Under the pieces are notes generated by a model. That model ran no database searches. It was not told where the DNA came from and saw nothing but the letters and a program-made list of their open reading frames with translations. From Dehalococcoidia bacterium (GTDB lineage: Bacteria > Chloroflexota > Dehalococcoidia > GIF9 > UBA5629): a DNA stretch of 62,293 bases. The DNA lies in NCBI GenBank assembly GCA_016930155.1, contig JAFGHL010000074.1:1-62293 (forward strand), in the 5' to 3' direction. This document shows, piece after piece, positions 9,565 through 19,519 of the stretch (position 1 is its first letter; each line of letters begins with the position of its first letter). Both the position numbers and the translations under genes were made by a program.

Positions 9565-11898
9565 ATGACCGTCCTTAATGATGAGAATGCTAGAGAATTG
9601 TGTTTTAAGTTGCTCAATTCCGAATCCGAAGAAGATGTTGTGGGAGTCCTACAAAAGTGGAAATTTTGGGAGGATATTTCAAGCTGGAAGCCATATGGCA
9701 ATGTACCCAATAATCGTGGAATAGTTCATAATCAACAAAGTTCGCCCGTTGCTGCGCTAGTCGAAAAAATAGTCAATTCAATAGATGCCGTTCTCACTGG
9801 CAAATGTTATGCACAAGGATTAGAACCAACAGACGATAAAGCTCCCATAACAATGCAGGCTGCAGTTCAGCAGTTATTTCAGGTTAAAGATGGAAGCATA
9901 GAAAAACTGAGCGCTATACAACGAACGGAACTCGCAGAATTAATTATTTTAATAGCCACTGGAACTAAAGATGCTCCTAATTATGTTCTCATTGACCAAG
10001 GTGAGGGACAAAGTCCAGACAAATTTGAAACCACGTTTGTTTCCCTATTACGAGATAATAAGACGCGTATTCCTTTTGTGCAGGGAAAATATAACATGGG
10101 AGGAACTGGCGTCCTTCAGTTTTCCGGAAAATACAGTTTCCAGCTTATTATTTCGAAACGCCAATTTGGGATAAGCAAACCTGAATCACAATGGGATAAT
10201 AAGTGGGGATTTACTCTAACTAGGCGTCTTGAACCTGATACAAATCAGCCACAATCTAGCTACGTATTTCTGGCGCCTAATAATACTATTCCTTTCTTTA
10301 GCAACGATTCCTTGGAATTATTGCCAGGTAAATATCCATATGCGCACGTGTTACCAATTCAATTTGGTACATGCATAAAGATGTGGAATTATAAGTTACC
10401 GGGACGTCTTAAAACTCTTGCTACGCTTGATCTTCGTTGGGCACTTGAACGGTATTTACAGAATCCTGCTCTACCGATCCGTGTATCAGAACGCAGGCAA
10501 GGATACAAGGCACATTACTATGACACGACCATCTCTGGAATGTTGACTGTTATTGCAGACAATCCACACGATATAGAACCTGGATTTGATACCGGAAGCC
10601 CTCTAAACGTGCCAGGCATCGGCCATCTTGAATTAAGACTATTGGTTCTTAAAGATGAAGTAGGAGATAAGAAATATGCCACAGGTGTATTTTTTAATGT
10701 GAATGGTCAGCTGCACGGTGAATTAGGGAAAGATTTTATTTCGAGAAAGGCTAATTTGGACTATATAGCCGATAGTATGATGGTAATAATAGATTGTACG
10801 CAATTACCAACGACAGCACGCGAAAACTTATTCATGGGTTCAAGGGACCGCATGAGCCAGTGCGAAGAAAGGCAGGCCATAGAATCGACTATTGGCGAAT
10901 ATTTGAAAGATCATCCAGGTTTGAGGCAATTGAATGCATTACGAAGGCAGAATAGAACAGCTGCCGCCATAAATGACGAACATACATCCGAAATATTTAA
11001 GGAACTTGTGAAAGTTGATCCCACACTCGGAGCGCTGTTTGGAAAAGGAAAAATATTAAAGCTGCCTACAGGTTCAATTCCAGAGACTATTCCGTTTGGA
11101 GGAAAGAAATTTCCGACTTTTTTCAGAATATTTCATGAACCGAAGGGCGGTCTAATAAAGATGTGTCCTAAAAATCGTACATGTCGTGTTGAGTTCGAGA
11201 CTGATGCTTCAAATGATTATTTCTCTCGAATAGGAGAACGAGGATATTTTAATGTGAAAGGTGTTATCGTCCCAGTATCGAGCGTCCATCTTTGGAATGG
11301 AAAAGCAACTGTTCGTTTTGCACCTCCAACTGGGGCTATGGAAGGTGATCGATATTCCATACAAGTGGAGGTTTCCGACTTGTCACGGGTAGATCCATTT
11401 TGTTCACAATTTATACTGGAGGTAGAACAAGATGCCATGCCTTTGCCAAGCGGCGGTTCTTCAACTCCTCCCGGATCAAGACTTTCTGGTATCCCCAATG
11501 TCGTTGAAATAAGAATGGACCAATGGGCTATTAATAAATTCGACGAGAATACCGCTCTGGAGATTAAGCGGGCAGCCGACGATCAATTGGATTTCTTAGT
11601 CAATATGGATAATATATATTTAAAGAATGAAATAGCTCGGCGGAAAACCACAGAAAAAAGGCTCATTGAATACTATTTCAAATATGGATTAAGCCTTTTA
11701 TCTTTAGGGATGTTGCATATGAAACAATATTCATCAGACAATATTGAATTATCGGGCGAGAACGTGGATGAAGGGGAAACAGAATGGCCCCCAGAGGTTG
11801 TGAGAAATGAGATTGGGGCCGCGTGCCGGGGCGCTGCTGTAACAATCATTCCAATTATAATACAGCTTGGGAAAATACCGTCGAAGACGTTACCATGA
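9565..11898 (+). CDS. GHKL (Hsp90/MutL/MORC-like) ATPase domain protein
   Basis: Bergerat-fold boxes ALVEKIVNSIDA, IDQGEG, QGKYNMGGTG, GTCI; GGGGAGG RBS; long uncharacterised C-terminus. Confidence 0.7.
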   Translation: MTVLNDENARELCFKLLNSESEEDVVGVLQKWKFWEDISSWKPYGNVPNNRGIVHNQQSSPVAALVEKIVNSIDAVLTGKCYAQGLEPTDDKAPITMQAAVQQLFQVKDGSIEKLSAIQRTELAELIILIATGTKDAPNYVLIDQGEGQSPDKFETTFVSLLRDNKTRIPFVQGKYNMGGTGVLQFSGKYSFQLIISKRQFGISKPESQWDNKWGFTLTRRLEPDTNQPQSSYVFLAPNNTIPFFSNDSLELLPGKYPYAHVLPIQFGTCIKMWNYKLPGRLKTLATLDLRWALERYLQNPALPIRVSERRQGYKAHYYDTTISGMLTVIADNPHDIEPGFDTGSPLNVPGIGHLELRLLVLKDEVGDKKYATGVFFNVNGQLHGELGKDFISRKANLDYIADSMMVIIDCTQLPTTARENLFMGSRDRMSQCEERQAIESTIGEYLKDHPGLRQLNALRRQNRTAAAINDEHTSEIFKELVKVDPTLGALFGKGKILKLPTGSIPETIPFGGKKFPTFFRIFHEPKGGLIKMCPKNRTCRVEFETDASNDYFSRIGERGYFNVKGVIVPVSSVHLWNGKATVRFAPPTGAMEGDRYSIQVEVSDLSRVDPFCSQFILEVEQDAMPLPSGGSSTPPGSRLSGIPNVVEIRMDQWAINKFDENTALEIKRAADDQLDFLVNMDNIYLKNEIARRKTTEKRLIEYYFKYGLSLLSLGMLHMKQYSSDNIELSGENVDEGETEWPPEVVRNEIGAACRGAAVTIIPIIIQLGKIPSKTLP

Positions 11899-13161
11899 AT
11901 TACGAACCATGTTTGGTGATCCATCGAATTTGACTCGGTGAATCATTAACAGTTCGCGACTAGACAACTGTTTCTCGTGATAATAGGTGTACCATCGCCG
12001 ATTCGGTACTGTTCTACTAACTGTTTCAGATACATTGGCATTAGGAAAATTTAATAATTCATAGCCTGCCATGTCCATCATAGAAAGATATTGGGCCTTC
12101 ACTGAATCTTCATCTGGGAAAGCGACGAGTTGGACTACGATGGCGTTGGATGTAATAAGTTTTCGCAAGTTCAAAAACACTTGAAATATATTTTGAAAAT
12201 AGTATTCCAATCCTCTTTGCGAGCGACTTCCCATTGTGTAATATGACGGCCCATGACCATCTTTTATTGAAGCTAGAGAATAATGTGCGGTAGTCTCACG
12301 TCTGCCAAGGATCTGCCACTTATTGTATAAAACATGGATGTTAGGATATGGTGGCGAAGTCAGCACAAGTGACGGTTTGATAGGTGCTAAGTCTTGGATC
12401 TTATCTACAATGGAGCTATCAGAGGAACCCAGAAATAATTGACGCATGGAACTAATCTTGTATTTCGGGATATTGTTCGACTGCACTAATTCTACAAAAT
12501 CATTAATTCCTTCAACCATATTGTCGAGCAACTGAATAAAAGTGGCTTTAACTTTTGTAAGGCTAGGTATGCTCGATTGGCAATCTAACATCAACTGGCC
12601 TGTTCTGATGATTGCACATTTCGCAAATCTTCGCTGTCGTGCAAATCTCAAATTAGAGGCCATATCAGTTGCCATCAAAAGAAACCACGCTATGTTAGGC
12701 GGTATGTTTTTAAATACATCCTCCTGGTAACGAATATTAGCCGTGGTATCACGAGGGTCCAACTCCATCACTTTCTCGGCCCATTCAGCAATGGAACATA
12801 TATCTTGTTTGCTAAGTGGTGTAGTCTTCACGAGAGATGTAAAATAGGCTAACGAGTTTATGTCTATACCGATTGCACGACGACCCAGCGCAAGGGATTC
12901 GACAATTGTAGTACCACCTCCGACAAATGGATCGATTACGCAATCCTTGGATTTTGTGAAGGCCAGTATAGCCTCGCGTGCGAACTCTGGACTGAATCTA
13001 GCCGGGTATCGATAAAAATTATGGGTTAAACCCTTGACTGGCTTGTCTGATACTACAGCTTGTTTTAAGGCATTTGGAATTTCTATTTGGTAACTTTCAT
13101 GACAACATGACCGATTGCTAGTGGACAAAGATGTACGATGCATGTTGACAATATAATACAA
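11890..13161 (-). CDS. Site-specific DNA methyltransferase, probably N4-cytosine (motif I before motif IV)
   Basis: THNFYRYPARF, DPFVGGGTT (motif I), GIDIN, LTSPPY (motif IV); true start uncertain. Confidence 0.85.
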   Translation of the reverse strand: MYYIVNMHRTSLSTSNRSCCHESYQIEIPNALKQAVVSDKPVKGLTHNFYRYPARFSPEFAREAILAFTKSKDCVIDPFVGGGTTIVESLALGRRAIGIDINSLAYFTSLVKTTPLSKQDICSIAEWAEKVMELDPRDTTANIRYQEDVFKNIPPNIAWFLLMATDMASNLRFARQRRFAKCAIIRTGQLMLDCQSSIPSLTKVKATFIQLLDNMVEGINDFVELVQSNNIPKYKISSMRQLFLGSSDSSIVDKIQDLAPIKPSLVLTSPPYPNIHVLYNKWQILGRRETTAHYSLASIKDGHGPSYYTMGSRSQRGLEYYFQNIFQVFLNLRKLITSNAIVVQLVAFPDEDSVKAQYLSMMDMAGYELLNFPNANVSETVSRTVPNRRWYTYYHEKQLSSRELLMIHRVKFDGSPNMVRNSW

Positions 13162-13187
13162 TGGGGCACCTAAAATTGCTAAACTGA

Positions 13188-13778
13188 TTATTTCTTGGCC
13201 TTGCTTGTCTGCTCATTAGCCATTCGCTTCATTTCATCAAATTCAGCATCGCCAGGTGTAATGACTTTCACACATACACTAGGAATCATTTGATGGAGGA
13301 TATTATCGGATATTGCGGCAGATAGATTATTAATTATCTCAAGTTTTAGAGGAGCCTTCGAAAGTTGAAGGACATAAAATGCCTCGTCAAAAGCCCTGTA
13401 TTGTTCTTTTGTTTTGTCTTTAACCGCAGTCGTTCCACCGGTCTTCTTGTCATAAGCAAGCCGTTGCAGGACTGATTGAAATCGTTGAGCACTTTCACTT
13501 AAGGTTAATTCGGCACTTTGTACTGGCGTTAAAGCATCCTTTATCAAAGCCCGTATATAAGTCGAAGGCCCCATACCCTTAGAAGAGGCAAGATCGCGCA
13601 GGTGTGTTAATTCCTCTCCAGTCAAGCGAATTGTTAGAAATGATGAGCGTTTCTGCTTCTCCTTCTGGATTTCAGCGGTATAGCCTTCAGCAAGGGGGCT
13701 ATGGGTTTTCCAATATTTATCCTCATCGACAACGTTGTCGAATTTGGGATTTGGATAAATCTTTTTTTTCTCTTTCAT
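13188..13778 (-). CDS. CopG/ribbon-helix-helix antitoxin-like protein with C-terminal extension
   Basis: EDKYWKTH followed by LTIRLTGEEL..LRDLASSKGMGPSTYIRALI; ATG at 13778. Confidence 0.6.
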   Translation of the reverse strand: MKEKKKIYPNPKFDNVVDEDKYWKTHSPLAEGYTAEIQKEKQKRSSFLTIRLTGEELTHLRDLASSKGMGPSTYIRALIKDALTPVQSAELTLSESAQRFQSVLQRLAYDKKTGGTTAVKDKTKEQYRAFDEAFYVLQLSKAPLKLEIINNLSAAISDNILHQMIPSVCVKVITPGDAEFDEMKRMANEQTSKAKK

Positions 13779-13786
13779 ATCAATCA

Positions 13787-13849
13787 CTAACTTTTCTTCA
13801 ATTTGTAATTGTGTTTTTCGCTTCCTGTCACGCAGTATGCCGTTACTGG
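13787..13849 (-). pseudogene. Possible 3' remnant of a BrnT-like toxin gene
   Basis: Frame reads PVTAYCVTGSEKHNYKLKKS*, preceded by TAA, ending 8 nt before the antitoxin-like ATG. Confidence 0.25.
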
Positions 13850-13854
13850 TTAAA

Positions 13855-13874
13855 AATGTAACACAATGTAACAC
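13855..13874. repeat. Tandem 10-bp direct repeat, candidate RHH operator
   Basis: AATGTAACAC AATGTAACAC. Confidence 0.5.
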
Positions 13875-13958
13875 ATCATGCAATTATTTAGCATGTTTGG
13901 AATTTTTCTCTGCAAACATAGTAGAATAACCGGACTGTCAAACGGAAGGAGGCATTCT

Positions 13959-14624
13959 TTGGACGTCATCGATGCCATCAACAGTCGCAGGAGCATACGC
14001 GGATTCAGGAAGGGCCCGGTGCCCAAAGAGATCATACACAAGGTGCTGGAGGCTGCGGTGCGCGCACCGTCCGGCATGAACACACAACCATGGGAGTTCG
14101 TGGTGGCCACCGGCAAGGTGCTGGACGATATACGCGAGGAGTGCGGCAGGCTGTTTAACGAGCATACCATTCCCACCAACGACATGCTGCGCAATCCATA
14201 CGAGGGCATCTACCGGCAGCGCCAGGTTGACCTGGCTATCGAGATATTCAAGATCGTGGGCATAAAACGCGAGGATAAGGAGGCGCGGCATAAATGGATG
14301 CTGCGCGGTATTCGCTTCTTCGAATCCCCCTGCCAGATCGTGATCTGCGCCGATAAGGAGATGCATTATCATCTGGATATGCTTGGAATCGGCGGGGTCT
14401 GCCAGACTATTGCCCTGGCCGCCATGGAGTACGGCCTGGCGACCTGCATCGCCGACCAGGGCATCCTGTACGACCAGGTGTGGCGGAAATACGCGAAAAT
14501 CCCCGACACGAAAAGGCTGGTGGCCGGTATCACCATCGGCTACGCCGATCCCGATTTTCCCGTCAATGACATGGTCACACCGCGCGAGCCGGTGGACAAG
14601 ATAACCACCTGGGTGGGGTTCTGA
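13959..14624 (+). CDS. Nitroreductase family protein
   Basis: RRSIRGF, RAPSGMNTQPWEF, GLATC, IGY; AGGAGG RBS before TTG 13959. Confidence 0.9.
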   Translation: MDVIDAINSRRSIRGFRKGPVPKEIIHKVLEAAVRAPSGMNTQPWEFVVATGKVLDDIREECGRLFNEHTIPTNDMLRNPYEGIYRQRQVDLAIEIFKIVGIKREDKEARHKWMLRGIRFFESPCQIVICADKEMHYHLDMLGIGGVCQTIALAAMEYGLATCIADQGILYDQVWRKYAKIPDTKRLVAGITIGYADPDFPVNDMVTPREPVDKITTWVGF

Positions 14625-14654
14625 CTCGCTTTTAATAAACAGGGAGGTTGAGAA

Positions 14655-15905
14655 ATGGGCGATACTAATATTCTGTCGGAGATAGGTCCGCAGCAGGTAA
14701 AGGAGGCCTTTGCCTTCACCGACGAGGTAGTGGAGGGATACCCGAACCGCCTGACCGGCACCGAGTCCTGCCATAAGGCCGGCCGCAGGATAGCCCGGGA
14801 ATTCGAGAAATTCTGCGATCCCGGCTCGGTCAAGATCGAGGAGATCACCACGCACCCCCTCAGCTTTCTCAAGTATATCCCCGGCATGGTTGTGCTCTAT
14901 TTCGCCTGCATGCTGCTGTGGTATTTCGTCCCCTCCCTGGTCTGGATTTCCTTCGCCGGCCTGGCGCTGGGCATTTTCGTCTTCTACGGGCAGTTTGTGA
15001 GGTACTGGCACCTGCTGGACCCTCTGTTCCCCAAAGCTAAAGGCTATAATGTCTACGGCTCAATCGAGCCGTCTGGCGAGGTCAGGCAGCAGGTCATCGT
15101 CTCGGCCCATCATGATGCCGCGTATGTCTTTCAGATACTGGATCGACTGCCCAAGCTTTATTCACCGCTGCTGGCCGGGGGCGTACTGCTGCTGGTCGTC
15201 GGCCTGCTGGTAACGCTGGCAGCCGGCGTGCTGCTTTGCTTCGGCATCACCCTTCCTCAGTGGGTGGCGTTGGTGTTGATCATACTGGGCGTCTTTGAGA
15301 TTCCTTTCCTGTTCTTCACCACCGGCCAGGTGGCGCCGGGAGCGGGCGACAACATGATAGCCGTGGCCATCGCAGCCGGCATCGGCCGGCTTTTCGGCGA
15401 TGCCAGGAAAGCGGGACACAATCCACTCAAGCACACCCGGCTGATCGTTCTTTCCTTCGATGCCGAGGAGTGCGGATTGCGCGGCGCCCGCGCCTGGATT
15501 AAACGCCATCTGGAGGAGCTGAAGAAAACAAAGACCTACGCGCTCAACATGGATACGATATACAAGCTCAAGAGCCTCAACTTCTTCGACGCCGACCTTA
15601 ACTCGATCGTACCACTCTCGAAGGAGATGGCGCAGCAATGTGTGGATATCGCCGGGGATCTGGGCTACAGCGCATTCGTCTCGCGCATGTCGCCCGGCGG
15701 CGGCAGCACCGACGCCGCAGCCTTCGGAGAGGTCGGCATCGAAGCTACTAATTTGTGCGCCATGAGCTTTATGGTCAAGGACTATGACCAGAACTGGGTG
15801 TATCACACACATAATGATTTCAGCAAATATATCGAGTCCGAAGCTGTGGAGGCCTCGCTCAAGGTCGTTCGAGAGTATATACTGAGGAAAGATTCAGGCT
15901 CGTAA
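14655..15905 (+). CDS. M28 family metallopeptidase with membrane segments
   Basis: SAHHDA, GAGDN, DAEECGLRGA, NMD, STDA, YHT..D zinc-ligand motifs. Confidence 0.85.
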   Translation: MGDTNILSEIGPQQVKEAFAFTDEVVEGYPNRLTGTESCHKAGRRIAREFEKFCDPGSVKIEEITTHPLSFLKYIPGMVVLYFACMLLWYFVPSLVWISFAGLALGIFVFYGQFVRYWHLLDPLFPKAKGYNVYGSIEPSGEVRQQVIVSAHHDAAYVFQILDRLPKLYSPLLAGGVLLLVVGLLVTLAAGVLLCFGITLPQWVALVLIILGVFEIPFLFFTTGQVAPGAGDNMIAVAIAAGIGRLFGDARKAGHNPLKHTRLIVLSFDAEECGLRGARAWIKRHLEELKKTKTYALNMDTIYKLKSLNFFDADLNSIVPLSKEMAQQCVDIAGDLGYSAFVSRMSPGGGSTDAAAFGEVGIEATNLCAMSFMVKDYDQNWVYHTHNDFSKYIESEAVEASLKVVREYILRKDSGS

Positions 15906-15922
15906 ATTGTCCTTCTGTTTAC

Positions 15923-17413
15923 ATGAGTAATACTGAGTATTCCGGTAACATCAGAAATCTGCTTTATCCGCGCTCCGTCGCTGTAGCCGGCGCCTCGGCC
16001 AGCCCGGACAAGTTCGGTCATCGCGTGCTCTTCAACATAGTCCACAACGGTTTTAAAGGTCTTATTTATCCTGTCAATCCTCGCGAAAGCAGTGTGCTGG
16101 GATTGGAGGCCTTTTCATCAGTAGCGGATATACCGGGGGAGGTCGACCTGGCCGTCGTCACTGTGCCGCCGGTGGGCGTAAAGCAGATCATCCGGGACTG
16201 TATACAAAAAGGTGTGAAAGCGGTCATCGTGATCACCTCCGGTTTCTCCGAGATTGGAGGCCATGGAGCGGTTCTTGAAGCTGAAATAAGCGAGATGGCA
16301 CGTAGTGCGGGACTGGCGCTGGCCGGTCCCAACTGTGTGGGGCTTGTCAGCACGCATGCTGATCTCTATTGCCACATGATGCCTTTCTATCCCAACCGGG
16401 GTCCGGTGGCCATCGTGGCGCAGAGCGGCAGCGTGGCGGACATGATAGCCAGCCGGCTGGGCGACCATGGCCTGGGCACAAGCCATCTTATCAGCGCCGG
16501 CAACGAGGCTGTGCTAAACGTGGGGGACTACCTGGAATACCTGGCCGGGGACGATAGAGCTTCAGTCGTGCTGGCCTATATCGAGGGCATCCGGGACGGC
16601 AGGCGCTTTTTAGAGTCAGCCAAAAAGCTGACGGCACGCAAGCCACTGATCGTTTTGAAGGCGGGCAGCACTGCAGCCGGCGCGCGCGCCGCGCTGTCGC
16701 ACACGGCTGCGCTGGCGGGCGATGACCGGATTATTAATAGTCTCCTGCGCCAGGCCGGCGCTATCAGGGTGGAGGATATGGAAGAGATGGTGGATGCAGC
16801 CTGTGCATTCAACAATCAGCCGTTGCCGCGCGGCAACCGGGTTGGGATCATAGCCCCGGGAGGTGGTTGGGGCGTGATGGCCGCCGATGCCTGCACGCAG
16901 CGCGGACTTGATATAGCCCCGCTTGACCGGGCTACTCTGGATAAACTGGACTCCTTTCTCCCGCCGATATGGTCGCACGGCAACCCCGTGGATACGGTCG
17001 CCGGCGTAACGGGCCATGCCAACGAGATGGTACAGGCGCTGCTGGAGAGCCCGGCCATCGACGGCCTGATAGTGCTGGGAATGGTCGGCGGGCTGCAATC
17101 GATATGGAAATATATAGAGGTGGGAAGTGGCGGCAAGGTCACTACCGACGGTCTGGCCCGCGGGGCCATGCATCACTTCGATACTTATTACCGCGAGATG
17201 ATGACGCTTAAAGAGCGGTTCGGCAAGCCGGTGGCCGTAACAATCATCCTCCCCATCAAAGCAGAGATTATGACTGAGACGGCATCCCGTCTCACCCGGG
17301 AGACCGGCACGACATGTTATTCCTCGTTTACGCAGGCTGTCAGAGCCTATGCTGCTCTGAACGATTATGCGGCGTATTTAAGGCAGATCGATTCGGGCGG
17401 CCGGTCTATATAG
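15923..17413 (+). CDS. Acyl-CoA synthetase (ADP-forming) alpha subunit, AcdA-like
   Basis: PRSVAVAGAS, YPVNP, GPNCVG, AQSG, GNEA, SHTAALAG phospho-His motif, NPVD; no ATP-grasp domain. Confidence 0.87.
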   Translation: MSNTEYSGNIRNLLYPRSVAVAGASASPDKFGHRVLFNIVHNGFKGLIYPVNPRESSVLGLEAFSSVADIPGEVDLAVVTVPPVGVKQIIRDCIQKGVKAVIVITSGFSEIGGHGAVLEAEISEMARSAGLALAGPNCVGLVSTHADLYCHMMPFYPNRGPVAIVAQSGSVADMIASRLGDHGLGTSHLISAGNEAVLNVGDYLEYLAGDDRASVVLAYIEGIRDGRRFLESAKKLTARKPLIVLKAGSTAAGARAALSHTAALAGDDRIINSLLRQAGAIRVEDMEEMVDAACAFNNQPLPRGNRVGIIAPGGGWGVMAADACTQRGLDIAPLDRATLDKLDSFLPPIWSHGNPVDTVAGVTGHANEMVQALLESPAIDGLIVLGMVGGLQSIWKYIEVGSGGKVTTDGLARGAMHHFDTYYREMMTLKERFGKPVAVTIILPIKAEIMTETASRLTRETGTTCYSSFTQAVRAYAALNDYAAYLRQIDSGGRSI

Positions 17414-18173
17414 AAATGCCGCCATCGACGGCGAGCACCTGCCCTGTTATATAGCTGGCAGCGTCGGATACGAGGAAAACACACGCCCCCACCATTTCAT
17501 CAGGCTCAGCCGTTCGTCCGAGTGGAATCATACTGCAAGCAGTCTTGAGCAATTCGGGATCATTCCACCAGAATTCGGCGAAGCGTGTCCTGGTGATGCC
17601 CGGTGCGATGGCATTAACTCTTATTTTATATACGGCCCATTCCTTGGCCATTACTTTTGTGGTATGTATAACACCTGCTTTGCTAATACCATAGACCGAT
17701 AATATGCTCGGTCTCATACCTTCAACGGAGGCTATATTCAGAATCGAACCGCCTGATTGCCCTCTCATAATCCTGGCCACTCCCTGGCTGAGGAAGAAAA
17801 GGCCTTTAAGGTTCAGGTTCATGATGGCATCCCAGGCGCGTTCCGTGTAATCAATCGCAGGGTCCACGGTAGGATTGGTGGCAGCGTTGTTGATCAGGAT
17901 ATCTATTCGACCGAATTTCTGTATAATCGCATCGATCAGGCGGGTAATATCATCCATTTTGCCCAGGTGGGCGGCAACAGACATACATTCAGCGCCCTGC
18001 CCGGTGAGATCAGCCTGAACCTCATCCAGGTCTGCCTGCTTCCGGCTCGTTATGGCCACTCTGGCGCCGGCCGAAGCCAGTCCCAAGGCAATTGCGCGGC
18101 CAATACCGCGGCTGCCGCCTGTTACCAGTGCCACTTTGTCTTTTAGCATGAACTGCTGCGTACTGAAACTCAT
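17406..18173 (-). CDS. SDR family oxidoreductase
   Basis: TGGSRGIG, NNAATNP, YGISK, RVNAIAPG. Confidence 0.92.
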   Translation of the reverse strand: MSFSTQQFMLKDKVALVTGGSRGIGRAIALGLASAGARVAITSRKQADLDEVQADLTGQGAECMSVAAHLGKMDDITRLIDAIIQKFGRIDILINNAATNPTVDPAIDYTERAWDAIMNLNLKGLFFLSQGVARIMRGQSGGSILNIASVEGMRPSILSVYGISKAGVIHTTKVMAKEWAVYKIRVNAIAPGITRTRFAEFWWNDPELLKTACSMIPLGRTAEPDEMVGACVFLVSDAASYITGQVLAVDGGISI

Positions 18174-18204
18174 AGTTGGCCTCCAAATATAATCTGTGTG
18201 GTAA

Positions 18205-19431
18205 TTACAGCTTTTCCGCTACTTTCCATAACGCCTGCTTGATATTTGTCGGTTTGGGTATCCAGTAGCGCTTATTATCGTAATCCCAGTAATTCACATA
18301 GCGCTTGAAGAACAGATCGGGATCGACACAGCCTTCGGGCGCATACACGCCCTGTTCTTTTATCTCGTTGTTGATCAGCATATTTGCCGCCAGGGCAACG
18401 GAAATACCCGTCACGCCGATCATGTCTCCGCGCGGCGCACCTCGCGGGCCGAATGTGTACCTGACTTTCCTGCCGTTTTTCAATCCAGAGACGCTAACAA
18501 TGATTCCCCATTTAAGTGGACCCAGGTGTTCGGCATGGTCAGAGCGTTGCTGCAGCCTTTTCAATATCTCATCGGGGAACATCTCTATAGCCTGCTCCAG
18601 GCTGATCTCTTTATCTCTGACTTTTTTACCCAGGAATAAAGCAGTATCGAATTCCTCGGGCTCCATGCCGCAGAGATTGCATGCGCCCCTGATACCTTTG
18701 ATGAAACGCGGCAATGTGACAGGTTCAGGATGACCTATATATTTAAAGAAAGCCTTTCCATTGGGAAACACCACATCTTCACCATCCTGTAAAGGGATAA
18801 CCTCGGTGAATTTGCCATCTTTGAATATCGGTATTTTCCAGCTTGCGCAGTAGATCAGGTGACCTATCGCCGCATCGCCCGCCTCGGCTTTCACCAGGTC
18901 TATGAACTCCTTGGTAAATACGCTGCGTGGCCTTCGGATGCCGCCGGCTATGCCCCAGGCTGTTTGAATGTAATCTACTTCATCCAGCTGTTCTGCAGCA
19001 TAGCGCGCTATTATATTTGAGATGCCCGGGCTGGCGCCCATACCCTGAATTATCGTTACTCCTGCTTTTCGGGCTTCCCGGTCAAGCTCGAGCACCTGCT
19101 GTGTGGGTTTATAATCGTCGTCGATATCGACGTAGTTTACACCGGCTTGAATGGCCGCTTTTACGACAGGTACCGCGAATTTATAAAACGGGCCGACAGT
19201 ATTCATCACGACATCGGCTTTCATCATCAACTCAAGAAGAGAATCCGTGTTCAGCACATCGATGTGTGCAACCTGTATCCTGTCGTCTTTAAGTGAAGAG
19301 GCGAAAGCTGTGGCTTTTTCCAGATTGTTGTCGGCGATAATAAGCTGTTTCAGATTCCGATTCTCCAACACGGTCTGAACAGCTTTTTGTCCCATATGGC
19401 CGCTGCCGCCAAGCGCAAGTAGCTTCTTCAT
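18205..19431 (-). CDS. Saccharopine dehydrogenase / lysine 6-dehydrogenase family oxidoreductase
   Basis: LGGSGHMG, NTVGPFY, YVDIDDD, GMGASPGISN, GHPEP, GVYAPE; RBS before ATG 19431. Confidence 0.85.
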   Translation of the reverse strand: MKKLLALGGSGHMGQKAVQTVLENRNLKQLIIADNNLEKATAFASSLKDDRIQVAHIDVLNTDSLLELMMKADVVMNTVGPFYKFAVPVVKAAIQAGVNYVDIDDDYKPTQQVLELDREARKAGVTIIQGMGASPGISNIIARYAAEQLDEVDYIQTAWGIAGGIRRPRSVFTKEFIDLVKAEAGDAAIGHLIYCASWKIPIFKDGKFTEVIPLQDGEDVVFPNGKAFFKYIGHPEPVTLPRFIKGIRGACNLCGMEPEEFDTALFLGKKVRDKEISLEQAIEMFPDEILKRLQQRSDHAEHLGPLKWGIIVSVSGLKNGRKVRYTFGPRGAPRGDMIGVTGISVALAANMLINNEIKEQGVYAPEGCVDPDLFFKRYVNYWDYDNKRYWIPKPTNIKQALWKVAEKL

Positions 19432-19519
19432 GAAAAGTTTACCTCCCCTGAAATAATTCCTGCCTTCCTGATCTAAACCAGGCAATGCACAGATGCTGCG
19501 ATAAACTTAGATATGTCAA

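Noticed and set aside
9565-11898. Topoisomerase VI B, MutL or histidine kinase call for the GHKL protein
   Set aside because: Only the ATP-lid boxes match; no partner subunit or family-specific motifs
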